Below are positions 8,662 through 19,176 of a stretch of DNA of 64,000 nucleotides, in pieces (the first letter of the stretch is position 1; the number at the start of each line of letters is the position of its first letter). The DNA comes from Sedimentisphaerales bacterium. Lineage in GTDB: Bacteria > Planctomycetota > Phycisphaerae > Sedimentisphaerales > Anaerobacaceae. The stretch lies in the NCBI GenBank assembly GCA_963708075.1, contig OY970194.1, positions 6,432,001 through 6,496,000 of the forward strand, written 5' to 3'. The notes under the pieces were generated by a model. The model saw only the letters and a list, made by a program, of their open reading frames with translations, did not search any database and was not told the DNA's origin. A program made the translations under genes and the position numbers.

Positions 8662-10407
8662 ATGGAGATAAAAAAAGGAATCGCGGTTTCGCCGGGCGTC
8701 TCAATCGGCAAGTGCCTCATCATTGACTCGGAGGACTACCGAATTCCCCGACGCCCCATCGAAGCCTCGCAGCGAATGGCGGAGATTCAGCGGGTTCGCG
8801 CCGCCTTTCGCGAGGCCGTCCGCGAGCTGACTGCTCTGGAACAGGCGCAGAAGCAGGACGAGACCGGCGGCGGGCGCATCAAGGACATCTTTGCGGTCCA
8901 TCTGCGTCTGCTGCGTGACCGGAGCCTGCGCCGCAGGATCACGGACATGGTCCAGGCGGACCTGGTGACGGCCGAGTACGCCGTTTCCGCCGTCCTTCGC
9001 GAAGTCGCCTCCCACTTCATCGCGGCCAAGGACACGTACATCAGCGAGCGGGCCGCCGATTTCTACGACGTGGAACGGCGTCTGCTCAAACAACTGCTCG
9101 GCCACACGCGAGAGGACGTCGGCCACCTGCGAGAAGAGGCGGTGGTGGTGGCGCGGGAGCTGAGTCCGACGCAGACGGCCAGCTTCAACAAGGAGTTCGT
9201 CAAGGGCATTGCCTCAGACGCGGGGGGGCGAACGAGTCACGCGGCCATTGTTGCGCGGTCGCTGGGCATCCCCGCCGTCGTGGCCCTCGAAGACCTCACT
9301 GAAATCGTCCACGGCGGCGATCTGGTCATCATCGACGGCAATCGCGGCATCGTGATCGTCAATCCGGATGAGGAGACGATCCGTCAGTACGAGGCGTATG
9401 GGCGCGAGTTCATCGCCCTCGAACACAAGCTCGATGCGATACGGGAGGAGCCGGCGGTCACTCGCGACAAAGTACGGGTGACTCTGCTGGGCAATATCGA
9501 GTTCCACGACGAGGCGCAGCAGGTCCTCGACAAGGGCGGCGAAGGGATCGGGCTGTACCGAACGGAATTTCTGTACCTCAACCGCCCGACGGAGCCGACG
9601 GAGCAGGAGCATTACGAGGCGTACGCGACCACGGTGCGCATCATGGGAAAGCGGCCGGTGGTGATTCGCACGGTGGACCTGGGGGCCGACAAGTACACGC
9701 AGCGGCGGCGCTACGTGCCCGAGCCCAACCCGTTCCTCGGCCTGCGCTCCATCCGTTACTGCCTCCAGAATCTCACGATGTTCAAGACGCAATTGCGCGC
9801 GATCCTCCGCGCCTCGGTGCTCGGCGAGGTCAAGGTCATGTTTCCGCTGATCACGAACATCCAGGAGCTGATGCAGGCGAAGATGATCCTGCATGATGTC
9901 ATGGAGGACCTGGACGAGGAAGGGATCAAATACAACCGCGACATGAAGGTGGGCATCATGGTCGAGACGCCGTCGGCGGCCCTGACCGCGTCCAGCCTGG
10001 CCCGCGAGTCGGATTTCTTCAGCATCGGGACGAACGACCTGACGCAGTACACGCTGGCGGTGGACCGGGGCAACGAGCTGGTCTCGACCCTGTACTCGGC
10101 GGCGGACCCCGCCGTGCTTCGCCTGATCCGAACGGTGATCCAGGACGCCTACAAGGCGCAGATCGACGTCTCTGTCTGCGGGGAGACCGCCTCCGAGCCG
10201 GAGTACGTCATGCTTCTGCTCGGCATGGGGATTCGCACGCTCTCGCTTTCGGTGCCGATGATTCCGGAGATCAAGCAGGTGATCCGCTCGGTCACCATCG
10301 AGGAGTGCAACGTCCTGGCCCGAACGGTGCTGGCGATGAACTCCGAGAGACAGATCTCGGCGTACCTGCGAAACGTGGCGCGCAAGATCCTGCCGGAGGT
10401 GTTCTGA
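8662..10407 (+). CDS. ptsI: PEP-protein phosphotransferase (Enzyme I), no GAF domain
   Basis: GGRTSHAAI, GIGLYRTEF, NPFLGLR, FFSIGTNDL. Confidence 0.95.
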   Translation: MEIKKGIAVSPGVSIGKCLIIDSEDYRIPRRPIEASQRMAEIQRVRAAFREAVRELTALEQAQKQDETGGGRIKDIFAVHLRLLRDRSLRRRITDMVQADLVTAEYAVSAVLREVASHFIAAKDTYISERAADFYDVERRLLKQLLGHTREDVGHLREEAVVVARELSPTQTASFNKEFVKGIASDAGGRTSHAAIVARSLGIPAVVALEDLTEIVHGGDLVIIDGNRGIVIVNPDEETIRQYEAYGREFIALEHKLDAIREEPAVTRDKVRVTLLGNIEFHDEAQQVLDKGGEGIGLYRTEFLYLNRPTEPTEQEHYEAYATTVRIMGKRPVVIRTVDLGADKYTQRRRYVPEPNPFLGLRSIRYCLQNLTMFKTQLRAILRASVLGEVKVMFPLITNIQELMQAKMILHDVMEDLDEEGIKYNRDMKVGIMVETPSAALTASSLARESDFFSIGTNDLTQYTLAVDRGNELVSTLYSAADPAVLRLIRTVIQDAYKAQIDVSVCGETASEPEYVMLLLGMGIRTLSLSVPMIPEIKQVIRSVTIEECNVLARTVLAMNSERQISAYLRNVARKILPEVF

Positions 10408-10410
10408 CGG

Positions 10411-11187
10411 ATGGAGGAGAAATTCGAAATCCGAAATTCAAAATTCGAAACGCCGGTGGCGGAGCACACATCGGTGGTACACAGCCTGGTGGTGCGATTC
10501 CGGATTGGAGGGGCCTTGAGGTTCCTCTCCCATGCCGAGACGTTGCGCGTGTTTCAGCGGGCTTGTGCCCGGGCGAACATCCCCGTCAAGTACTCGGCGG
10601 GATTCAATCCGCATCCGAAAGTATCCCTGCCTCTGCCCCGGTCGGTAGGTGTGGAATCGGATGACGAGCTGCTGGTGGTCCGGCTGTCGGACGAGCCGCA
10701 CGATACGGAGGCATACAGAGCCCGAATGCAGCAGGTTCTGCAGGAGGCCCTTCCGGCGGGGATCGACGTGCTCGGCGTGGAGCTTGTCGGGTCGGGTTCG
10801 TTCCAGCCCCGCTCAGTCGATTACCTGTTCTGCATCCATGCCGATCGTGCCGCGGGCCTGGCGGATCGGCTGCGGCAGCGGGCGGAAGTCATCCTGGCGA
10901 GCGCAAGCTGGATCGTGGAGCGCAAGCTCCCGGGAGATGCCAAGGTGCGCCGCATCGACGTCCGGCCGTTCCTGGAATCCATCCAGCCGGTCGAGCATGG
11001 TGTGAGGGTCAGGTGCAATGTAACGGCTGCCGGATCGATACGCATGGATGAGATCCTGCAGCTTCTGGAGTTGGAATCGGAGGATCTGGCGGCCCCGGTT
11101 CGAAGGACCGCCGTCGAGTGGAGAAGTAACAAGACGGGGTCAGGCCCCGATGTAGAGGATTCAGAAATATGCCAAGAGAAATGTTGA
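10411..11187 (+). CDS. TIGR03936/DUF2344 radical SAM-associated protein
   Basis: RFLSHAE..RVFQRA..RA..PVKYSAGFNPHPK..PRSVGVES; usual position upstream of rng. Confidence 0.85.
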   Translation: MEEKFEIRNSKFETPVAEHTSVVHSLVVRFRIGGALRFLSHAETLRVFQRACARANIPVKYSAGFNPHPKVSLPLPRSVGVESDDELLVVRLSDEPHDTEAYRARMQQVLQEALPAGIDVLGVELVGSGSFQPRSVDYLFCIHADRAAGLADRLRQRAEVILASASWIVERKLPGDAKVRRIDVRPFLESIQPVEHGVRVRCNVTAAGSIRMDEILQLLELESEDLAAPVRRTAVEWRSNKTGSGPDVEDSEICQEKC

Positions 11188-12701
11188 TCAATGTGGCGGA
11201 GAAGGAGGAATGCCGGGTGGCCGTCGTGGAGGGCACCACCCTGGAGGAACTGTACGTCGAGCGAGCCAGCGCCGGCACCCATGTGGGCAATATCTACAAG
11301 GGCAGAATTGTCAATATCGAGTCGGGAATCCAGGCCGCCTTCATCGATATCGGGACCGAGAAGAATGGGTTCCTGCACATCAGCGATCTGCATCCCCGGT
11401 ATTTCCCGGGCAACAAGAACCAGAATCAACTCGTGGAGAATATCGGCCGCCGGCAGGCGCTGAAGGACCGGCCGCCCATGCAGAATTGCCTGCGGCGGGG
11501 ACAGGAACTCGTGGTCCAGGTGACGAAGGAGGGGGTCAAGACCAAGGGCCCGACCCTGAGCACCTACCTGGCGCTGGCCGGCAAGCATCTGGTCATGATG
11601 CCGTGGATGCGGGGCTACGGGATCTCGCACAAGATCGAGGACGAGGAGGAGCGCAAGCGCCTTGCCCAGGTGTTCGATGAGAACAAGCCCCCCAAGGGCC
11701 ACGGGTTCATCATCCGCACCGCCGGCGAGGGCGCCTCGAAGCGCGATATCCAGAATGACCTGCGCTACCTCAATCGCCTGTGGAGCGCCATCGAGAAACG
11801 GATGGAGACGGAGAAGGCGCCGGGCGACATCTACCAGGAGTCCGACCTGGTCATCCGCGCCTTGCGGGACACATTCGCCGGCGACATTGAAAGGATTATC
11901 TGCGATTCGGATCTCACCGTCCGCAAGATCCGGGACTTCCTGTCGATTGCCACGCCCCGGCTCAAGCCGAAAGTGGTGTACTATGACGGCAAGATCCCGC
12001 TGTTCCACAAGTACCAGATCGAGGATGAGATTACCAAGGTCCAGTCCCGCACGGTGGAGCTCAAGAGCGGCGGCTCGATCGTCATCGAGCAGACCGAGGC
12101 TATGGTCTCCATTGACGTCAACAGCGGGCGATACCGCAAGCAAAAGAACGCCGAGCAGACGGCTTATGAAAGCAACATGGAGGCGGCGACCGAGATCGCC
12201 CGTCAACTGAGGCTGCGCGACCTCGGCGGCCTGATCGTCTGTGACTTCATCGACATGCGAAGCCAGAAGCATCGCAAGGAGGTGGAAACGGCCTTCCGCG
12301 ATATGGTCAAGGGGGACCGCGCCCGCACGAAAATCCTGCGGATCAGCCGCTTCGGCGTCGTCGAGATGACCCGCCAGCGGATGCGCCCATCGCTGCAATT
12401 GAGCACGTACCTGGCCTGCCCCCAGTGCGCCGGCACCGGGTTCATCAAGAGCCACGAGTCGCTGGCCCTGGAGATCATCCGCCTGCTGAACCTGGCGGTG
12501 TCCAGGGACCACATCCGTCGCATCGAGCTGTCGGTCTCGCCCGAGGTGGCCGACTACCTCCAGAACGAGAAGAGGACGGCGATCGCCCAGATCGAGCAGA
12601 CGGCGGAAAAACGCGTGATCATTCATGCCTCCACGGACTACTCCGGCGAGGAACGCCAGCTCATCTGCTTCAACGACCGCGGCGGCGAGGTGAAACTGTA
12701 A
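11169..12701 (+). CDS. rng: Rne/Rng family ribonuclease
   Basis: VGNIYKGRI..IQAAFIDIG (S1), IDVNSG, RLRDLGGLIVCDFIDM, CPQC. Confidence 0.92.
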   Translation: MPREMLINVAEKEECRVAVVEGTTLEELYVERASAGTHVGNIYKGRIVNIESGIQAAFIDIGTEKNGFLHISDLHPRYFPGNKNQNQLVENIGRRQALKDRPPMQNCLRRGQELVVQVTKEGVKTKGPTLSTYLALAGKHLVMMPWMRGYGISHKIEDEEERKRLAQVFDENKPPKGHGFIIRTAGEGASKRDIQNDLRYLNRLWSAIEKRMETEKAPGDIYQESDLVIRALRDTFAGDIERIICDSDLTVRKIRDFLSIATPRLKPKVVYYDGKIPLFHKYQIEDEITKVQSRTVELKSGGSIVIEQTEAMVSIDVNSGRYRKQKNAEQTAYESNMEAATEIARQLRLRDLGGLIVCDFIDMRSQKHRKEVETAFRDMVKGDRARTKILRISRFGVVEMTRQRMRPSLQLSTYLACPQCAGTGFIKSHESLALEIIRLLNLAVSRDHIRRIELSVSPEVADYLQNEKRTAIAQIEQTAEKRVIIHASTDYSGEERQLICFNDRGGEVKL

Positions 12702-12826
12702 GCCGGATTCGGCAAAATTCTCATGCGGCACTCGCTTGTGCGCCCGTACAGATGGCAGGGAGGGGCTATTGTGTGCGGAAGAATGATCCGGCGGTGTGCC
12801 TGGTGTGGAAATGGAGTTCATGAGCC

Positions 12827-13804
12827 GTGGAATTTGATCTCGACTATGCCCGCAGTGTGATTCGCGCGGAGGCCAGCGCGATTGCCTCGATGACGCCGAT
12901 TATCAATGGCGCTTTCGTCAAGGCGGCCCAGATGCTCTATGAGTGCACGGGCTCGTGCATCATCAGCGGCATCGGCAAGGCGGGCATCATCGGCCGCAAG
13001 ATCAGCGCGACCCTGGCCTCCACCGGTACGCCAAGCCATTTCCTGCACCCCGCGGAAGCCGTGCATGGCGATCTCGGTCGCCTGCGCAAAGACGATATCG
13101 TCATGGTTCTCAGCTACGGCGGCGAGACGGACGAGATCACTCGGCTCATCAACCTGGTCAAGCAGCTCCAGATCCGCCTCATCTCGATCACCAGCGATAT
13201 GGATTCGACACTGAGCCGGCACAGCGACGTCGTGCTGTGCATGGGCAAGGTGAACGAGGCCTGTCCGCTGGGCGTGGCGCCGAGCGTCTCGACGGCCTGC
13301 ATGCTCACGATTGGCGACGCGCTGGCGTTCACGGTGATGAAGGCCCGCCGCTTCAGCGTGGAGGACTATGTCCGGTTCCATCCCGGCGGCTCGCTGGGGG
13401 CCAAGCTGATGACGGTCGAGCAATCGATGATGTTCCGGCCGGGCGAGAAGCTGCCGGTGGTAAACGCCGGCATCACGGTGCGCCGGATGCTGGAGGAGAC
13501 CAGCGATCTGAAACGCCACGGGGCGGTGATGGTCGTGGACGAGCAGAGCAGGCTGGCCGGCATTATCACCGATGCCGACTTGAGGCGACTCCTGACCCGG
13601 CAGGGACCGGAAGCATTTGATCTAGCCGTTGGCACTATCATGACGGCCAACTGCAAGAGGATTCGCGCCGACGCCCTCGCCTCCGAGGCGACTGCCATCT
13701 TCCACAAGTACCGTATCGATGAGCTGCCCGTGGTCGACGCCGAGGACCGGCCCGTCGGCCTGATCGACGTGCAGGACATCGTGATGATCAAGGTCGTCGG
13801 ATGA
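12827..13804 (+). CDS. kdsD: Arabinose-5-phosphate isomerase (KpsF/GutQ; SIS plus CBS)
   Basis: GIGKAG..KISATLASTGTP, EAVHGDLG, FHPGGSLG, CBS pair. Confidence 0.92.
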   Translation: MEFDLDYARSVIRAEASAIASMTPIINGAFVKAAQMLYECTGSCIISGIGKAGIIGRKISATLASTGTPSHFLHPAEAVHGDLGRLRKDDIVMVLSYGGETDEITRLINLVKQLQIRLISITSDMDSTLSRHSDVVLCMGKVNEACPLGVAPSVSTACMLTIGDALAFTVMKARRFSVEDYVRFHPGGSLGAKLMTVEQSMMFRPGEKLPVVNAGITVRRMLEETSDLKRHGAVMVVDEQSRLAGIITDADLRRLLTRQGPEAFDLAVGTIMTANCKRIRADALASEATAIFHKYRIDELPVVDAEDRPVGLIDVQDIVMIKVVG

Positions 13805-14325
13805 GACAGCGGCCGATAGATTTCAAGGCGATTCAACTGCTCGTGCTGGACGTCGACGGCGTTCTGACCGACGGCGGGCTGATCATCCACGCCGACGGCA
13901 GCGAGAGCAAACGCTTCCATACCCTCGACGGGCACGGGATTCGTCTGTGGCAGCGGGTGGGCGGCAAGGTCGCCTGGATCAGCGGGCGGATGTCGGAGCC
14001 CGTGAACCGCCGGGCGGAGGAGTTGGAAATCTCATACGTGCTTCAGGACTGTCACTTCAAGCTGCCGGCCCTGGAGCAGCTTCTCCGCGAGGCGGGCCTC
14101 AAGGCGGAGAACGTCGCATACGTGGGCGACGATCTGATGGACCTGCCGCCGATCCTGCATGTCGGCTTTGGCGTAGCCGTGGCGAATGCCGTCGATGAGC
14201 TCAAGGCCCATGCCGATTACGTGACCACCCGAGGCGGCGGCTATGGGGCGGTGCGGGAAGTGATCGAGTATATCCTGAAGAATTCCGGCCGGTGGGACAA
14301 CCTCATGGACCGGTACCTGACATAG
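13801..14325 (+). CDS. kdsC: KDO-8-phosphate phosphatase
   Basis: LDVDGVLTDG, YVGDDLMD, GGYGAVRE; ATGA overlap with kdsD. Confidence 0.92.
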   Translation: MRQRPIDFKAIQLLVLDVDGVLTDGGLIIHADGSESKRFHTLDGHGIRLWQRVGGKVAWISGRMSEPVNRRAEELEISYVLQDCHFKLPALEQLLREAGLKAENVAYVGDDLMDLPPILHVGFGVAVANAVDELKAHADYVTTRGGGYGAVREVIEYILKNSGRWDNLMDRYLT

Positions 14326-14341
14326 GCGCCGGCCCGGGAGT

Positions 14342-16616
14342 GTGAGCGTGCGCAGGTTCGTGATAGGACTGACTGTGCTTGGGGTCCTGGTGGCCCTGTA
14401 CCTGGGCTACGCGCGGATCGGCGGGACGCCGGCGCCCGGTTCTCAGCATACCCGAGCTGCTGCCGCCGCCGGTGGTGAAGACAACCGGGGAGCCAAACGT
14501 CCAGGGCGGCAGGATCGGTCCGATGAATACGGAAGTCATCGACATCAAGCAGACGCGGTTCTTCCACAGGGATGAAAGCGGCCGCGTCGATCGCGAGTTC
14601 GGCTTCGAGGTCTTTCTGCACAAGCAGGCCGACCGCTGGCGATTCACCCACCCGTACATGAAGCTGTTCCTGCCCAAGCTCCAGTGCCACGTCATCGCCG
14701 ACACCGGCGAGGTCCAGGTCCAAACCGCCTTCAAACAACTGGTTCCGAACGACGCCTTCTTCCAGGGCAACGTGGTCATTCACATCGTCCCTCCAAAGCG
14801 CAATGATCCGAGGGAGTGTCTCATCTACCTCGACGACGTGACATTCGTCGCGGAGAAGTCGCTGTTCTCCAGCACCGGCCCCGTGCGATTCGTCTCTCAC
14901 AGCGCCGTGCTCGAAGGCGTCGGTATGGAGCTGATCTACGACAGCCTGCAAGGCCGGCTGGAGCTGTTTCGCGTGGTCAAGCTGACGAGCCTGCGCATTC
15001 GCAGCGCCGACATCGCCCTGTTCTCCGGCGATAAGGAAACCGCCAGACGTGAACGCCGCAGAACAGGCGAGCCGGCCGCCGGTGTTGTGCAGGAACGCGC
15101 CGGTGGCGCATCCGGCTCTGTGCCTGCGGGCGCCGGGCGCGTCTTTTATGAGTGCGTTCTCCGCGGCAACGCGACAATCGATACGCCGCAGCTCCTCGTG
15201 ATCGCACGGGACCTCTTGTCGATCACCGATATCCCCTGGCCCCGACCTGCGGAAGACGAACCGACGGCGGACCGCGGACAAGTGGGGCCCTCTGAGCCGA
15301 ATACGTCGGAACCTGCACCGGAGCCGCTGGACACGAAGCCGCCGGGGCAGATCGCCTTCGATGCAATGCCGGCCGAGTCGTTCGACATCGTCGTGACTTG
15401 CTCGGGCGGCCTCGTGGTTGCCCCCATGGGCACCTGGAGCCGGCACGTGGACCCGAATGACCTTGCCCCATCGCCGGGCGGCGTCCCGCCGGCGCTCGAT
15501 GCTCAGTCGGATCGCCGGCAGGCCATCGCCCAGCGCATCGAGTACGACGCGACGACGGGCGATGGGGTACTCACCGGCCCGGTGCAGATGGCCGTGCCTC
15601 TCGATCCAAACAGTCTGGCCGGACCTGCGCAGGCGGACGCCGGTCGGGCCCCGGCTATACGCGGCGAACCTATCCCGATGACCATCACCGCTCGGGATGT
15701 AGTCCGCTACCTGTCTGCGTTGAATCGCGTGGTGCTCGAGGGCGACTGCGTGGCCTCCGCCCTGAAGACGGACCCGAATGTCACGCACGCGTTTGCACTA
15801 TCGGCCCCGACATTCGCCCTGGATCTTGCGGAGGATGCCAACGCGCCGGCGTCCGAGAAAGCCATCGGCACGGCGGTCGCCCTGAAGCGGTTCTGGACGG
15901 ACGGCGGCCCGGCCTCGATCGTCGTGAAAAGAAGGGCGGGTCGGCTTCATCCCGCTGGAGAGGGGCAGCTTCTCGGCTCGACGCAAGTGCTGGCCTCGCA
16001 GTTGGAGTATGAGGCGGCCGGCAAGCTGTTCACCGCCCGGGGCCCGGACGGCGAGCTGCGGCTCAACAACGCTCAAGCCTCCTCGCTCGACCCGAACGTG
16101 GGCGAGTTGCGTGCGAGTCGTGCATCTTTTCGCGATGTCCGCGACGAATCGCGGCAGATCGATCCCAACGCCTTCGGTTTCAATCAGCCGTGCTACGCCT
16201 TCCTCCGGGGCTTCGACCTGCTGACCTTCGCTTCCGACACGAATCGGATCGTCGTGGCCGCCGAGTCGCAGCCCATCCTGATCGACTACATCCCCGTGAT
16301 CGGGGGCAAGTACGGCCAGCACGTCAAGGGCGAGGCCGGACACCTCGACCTGACCCTTCGCCAGGCCGCCCCCGGCCGCATGGAGCTCGCCTCCCTCATC
16401 GCCTCGAAGGGCATCACCTACGAGGACCAGGACAAGCAATTCGCCGGCGGCACGCTCACCTACGACCGCGAACGATCTCTGGTGAAGGTCGTTGGTGACG
16501 ACATACAGCCATGCTCCCTGAACGGCGCGCCGGTTGATGGGATCGAAATGGACGTCACCACAGGCACCCTGAAGACCCGACTCGAAGGCCCCGGCGTCTT
16601 TCAGGGGAAACGCTGA
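14342..16616 (+). CDS. Large membrane-anchored LptC/OstA-like beta-jellyroll protein (~757 aa); apparent +1 frameshift at 14438-14444
   Basis: The N-terminal TM anchor (ORF 14342) joins ORF 14379 after removing one T. Occupies the lptC position after kdsC; contains the LptC-like strand pattern FSSTGPVRF..AVLEGVGME. Confidence 0.65.
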
Positions 16617-16626
16617 TCGGCCCCGG

Positions 16627-19176
16627 TCATTGCCCTGGCAAGGAGCTGTCGACGGAGAGTTGCCAGAAGAGGCGCGGGTAGTCGTGGCCTTCGAGAATCC
16701 ACCAGAGATCGTCGGTGCCGTTGCCGGCTTCGTCGAAGAAGTCCCAGCCGACGTGCAGGAACGTCTCGGCGGTGCGCATCTGGGCGGTGGTTTTCCCGAA
16801 TGTGTCGTCGCAGCCCCAGGCGTTCACTCCCTGGTCTGAGCACATGTTTGCCCGGCCGCTGGTTTCGGTGTCCCAGAACGAGGCCGTGATGCCGCCGTTG
16901 TTGTCGCCCACGAGGCCGCCGACATTGAGGTTGCCGGTGGGGAGACCCGTTGCATAGCAGCGGTTGATGGCGCCGGTGTTTTGCCCGGCCAGGCCGCCGA
17001 CAAACTCAAGACCGGCCGCGTCGCCGTTGGAATAGCAGTTTGCGATGTCGCCGAACCAGTTGCTGCCGACGAGGCCGCCGACGAACGTCCGGCCGCGTAC
17101 CGCGGCAGTGCTGTAGCTGGCGCTCAGGCTGATTCCCTCGTTGAGCCCGACGAGTCCTCCGGCGTAGTCGTTTCCAGTCACGCGGCCGGTGCTGCGGCTG
17201 TTGCTCACGCCGCCCATATTGTCCCCGACCAGTCCGCCGACGAGGGAGTAGCCGTTGACGGTGACGCGGCTTGTGCTGTCGGCCACGGAGCCGTAGTAGC
17301 TGCTGCCCACCAACCCGCCGACGCACTCGTATCCTTCGACCTCGCCCTCGCTGTGGCAGTTGGCGGCATGACTTTCCTGGCTGTGCCCGGCGAGGCTGCC
17401 GATCCTGCCGCCGGCGCCCCAGACGCGGGCGTCGAGTACGGCCAGGTCACGGACCTCGGCCCGGTCGCTGAGCCTGCCGAACAGACCGAGATAGCTGATC
17501 CCCGAGATCGTCAGATCAGTGACCGTGAAGCCGTTGCCGTTGAAACTTCCCCGGAACTGGGGGATCACGGCGATTGACCACGTGATGCCGGAGAGGTCCA
17601 GGTCCGCGATCAGTTTGCAGCAGGCTGTCTGGCTTTGGTAGGCCAGCGACGCCAGTTCCGCTGCCGTCGAGATCTGGTAGGGGTCGCTGGGCGTGCCTTC
17701 CCCCGCAGGCGTTGCCGGCTCCCAGCCGTTCAGGATGCCCAGGACGGGATAGCCGCCTCCGGCCGGCATCTGCCAGGTCTGGTGCAGCCCGTTCGCCGTT
17801 TCGCCGACGAAGTCCCAGCCCGCCTGGAGGAAGGTCTGGCGGTCCTGCATTTTGGCGGTGGACAGGTCGGTCCCGCCGTCGCTGGCGGACTGGAGGGAGG
17901 TCGCTTTGTCCCAGAAGCAGTTGCTCACGTTGCCCAGCCAATCGTTGTAGCCGATGAGCCCGCCGACCGCCTTCCACCGGCCGGTGACGGCGCCGGTGCT
18001 GTAGCTGTTGACTACGGTGCCGCTGTTCTCGCCCACAAGCCCGCCGACCCGCACATCGGCGGTGACGGCGCCGGTGCTGTAGCAGCATAAAATGCTGCTG
18101 TAGACGTCGCGGTGCCCGGCGGTGCCGCTGACGCTGTCTTGGCCGTTGTTGTGCCCGATGAGGCCTCCGACGTTCTCCTGCCCGCGGACCGACCCGGTGC
18201 CGGAGCACGCGAAGATGCCGCCGCTGTTGTCGCCGACGAGTCCGCCGACGTTCACCTTCCCCGTGACCGGCCCGGCATTGAAGCCGGCGGTCACGCTGCC
18301 GCCATTGTGTCCGACGAGTCCGCCGACATTCGACCCGCCATCCACGGCGCCGGCACTGTGGCTGTTCCGCACCTCGCCGTAGTTCTCTGCGACGAGTCCG
18401 CCGACATCATTCACCCCGTGGACGGCGCCGGTGCTGAAGCTGCGGTACACCTCGCCGGTGTTATACGCTACCAGGCCTCCCGTATTCTCTATGCCATCCA
18501 CCGCCGCCGTGCTTGAGCAGTCGCTCATGCGGCCGCCATTGTGGCCCGCGAGCCCGCCGAGATGCATATCCCCGCTGACCCGGGCGGCACTCTGACTTTC
18601 ATCCACGATGCCCCTGTTGTCGCCCAGCAACCCTCCGACGAAGTAGCTGCCGTGAATGGCCCCGGAGCAGGAGCATTTGACCACACGACCACCGTTGTTG
18701 TGGCCGACGAGCCCGCCGATATGCGCTCCGGAGCCGGTCACATTGGCATCCGACACGACAAGATTCCTGACCTCGGCCCCGGAGGCGAGTTGACCGAAGA
18801 GGCCGAGATAGCTTTCCCCGGAGATGGTGAGGTGACGAATTGCACGGCCGTTGCCGTCGAGCGTGCCCGTGAAGGCCGAGCCCTGAAACTCGTCCTCTTC
18901 GGCGGAATTGTCCGGCGCGATCATGGCCCGGGCGAACACACGCCGGCCGGCAAGGCCCGGGTCCATATCGATGTCATTCACCAGTATGAAGTGCTTGTCC
19001 CAGTCCGCGGGCGTGTCGGACAGGTGGATGAGGTCCTGGGCTGTCGCGATGCGGTAGGGGGCCTTGGCAGTGCCCTCGCCGCCGCTGTATCCGGCACGGG
19101 CCGGCAGGCTCATCAAACAGATCGCCAGAAGCAGCGGAACGATCCGCAAGACTCGAAGATCACTTGCCGTCCCCAT
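16627..19176 (-). CDS. Secreted GLUG-repeat protein with two tandem modules
   Basis: Signal peptide; two GEGT.xPYxI starts; many VGGLVG.N repeats; WDF..W..YP ends. Confidence 0.9.
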   Translation of the reverse strand: MGTASDLRVLRIVPLLLAICLMSLPARAGYSGGEGTAKAPYRIATAQDLIHLSDTPADWDKHFILVNDIDMDPGLAGRRVFARAMIAPDNSAEEDEFQGSAFTGTLDGNGRAIRHLTISGESYLGLFGQLASGAEVRNLVVSDANVTGSGAHIGGLVGHNNGGRVVKCSCSGAIHGSYFVGGLLGDNRGIVDESQSAARVSGDMHLGGLAGHNGGRMSDCSSTAAVDGIENTGGLVAYNTGEVYRSFSTGAVHGVNDVGGLVAENYGEVRNSHSAGAVDGGSNVGGLVGHNGGSVTAGFNAGPVTGKVNVGGLVGDNSGGIFACSGTGSVRGQENVGGLIGHNNGQDSVSGTAGHRDVYSSILCCYSTGAVTADVRVGGLVGENSGTVVNSYSTGAVTGRWKAVGGLIGYNDWLGNVSNCFWDKATSLQSASDGGTDLSTAKMQDRQTFLQAGWDFVGETANGLHQTWQMPAGGGYPVLGILNGWEPATPAGEGTPSDPYQISTAAELASLAYQSQTACCKLIADLDLSGITWSIAVIPQFRGSFNGNGFTVTDLTISGISYLGLFGRLSDRAEVRDLAVLDARVWGAGGRIGSLAGHSQESHAANCHSEGEVEGYECVGGLVGSSYYGSVADSTSRVTVNGYSLVGGLVGDNMGGVSNSRSTGRVTGNDYAGGLVGLNEGISLSASYSTAAVRGRTFVGGLVGSNWFGDIANCYSNGDAAGLEFVGGLAGQNTGAINRCYATGLPTGNLNVGGLVGDNNGGITASFWDTETSGRANMCSDQGVNAWGCDDTFGKTTAQMRTAETFLHVGWDFFDEAGNGTDDLWWILEGHDYPRLFWQLSVDSSLPGQ

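Noticed and set aside
10821..12821. 666-aa minus-strand ORF, and similar ones at 14241-15788, 38239-40878, 40888-42165, 58877-60040 and 62591-63988
   Set aside because: Antisense shadows of well-supported genes, expected from GC-rich codon bias.
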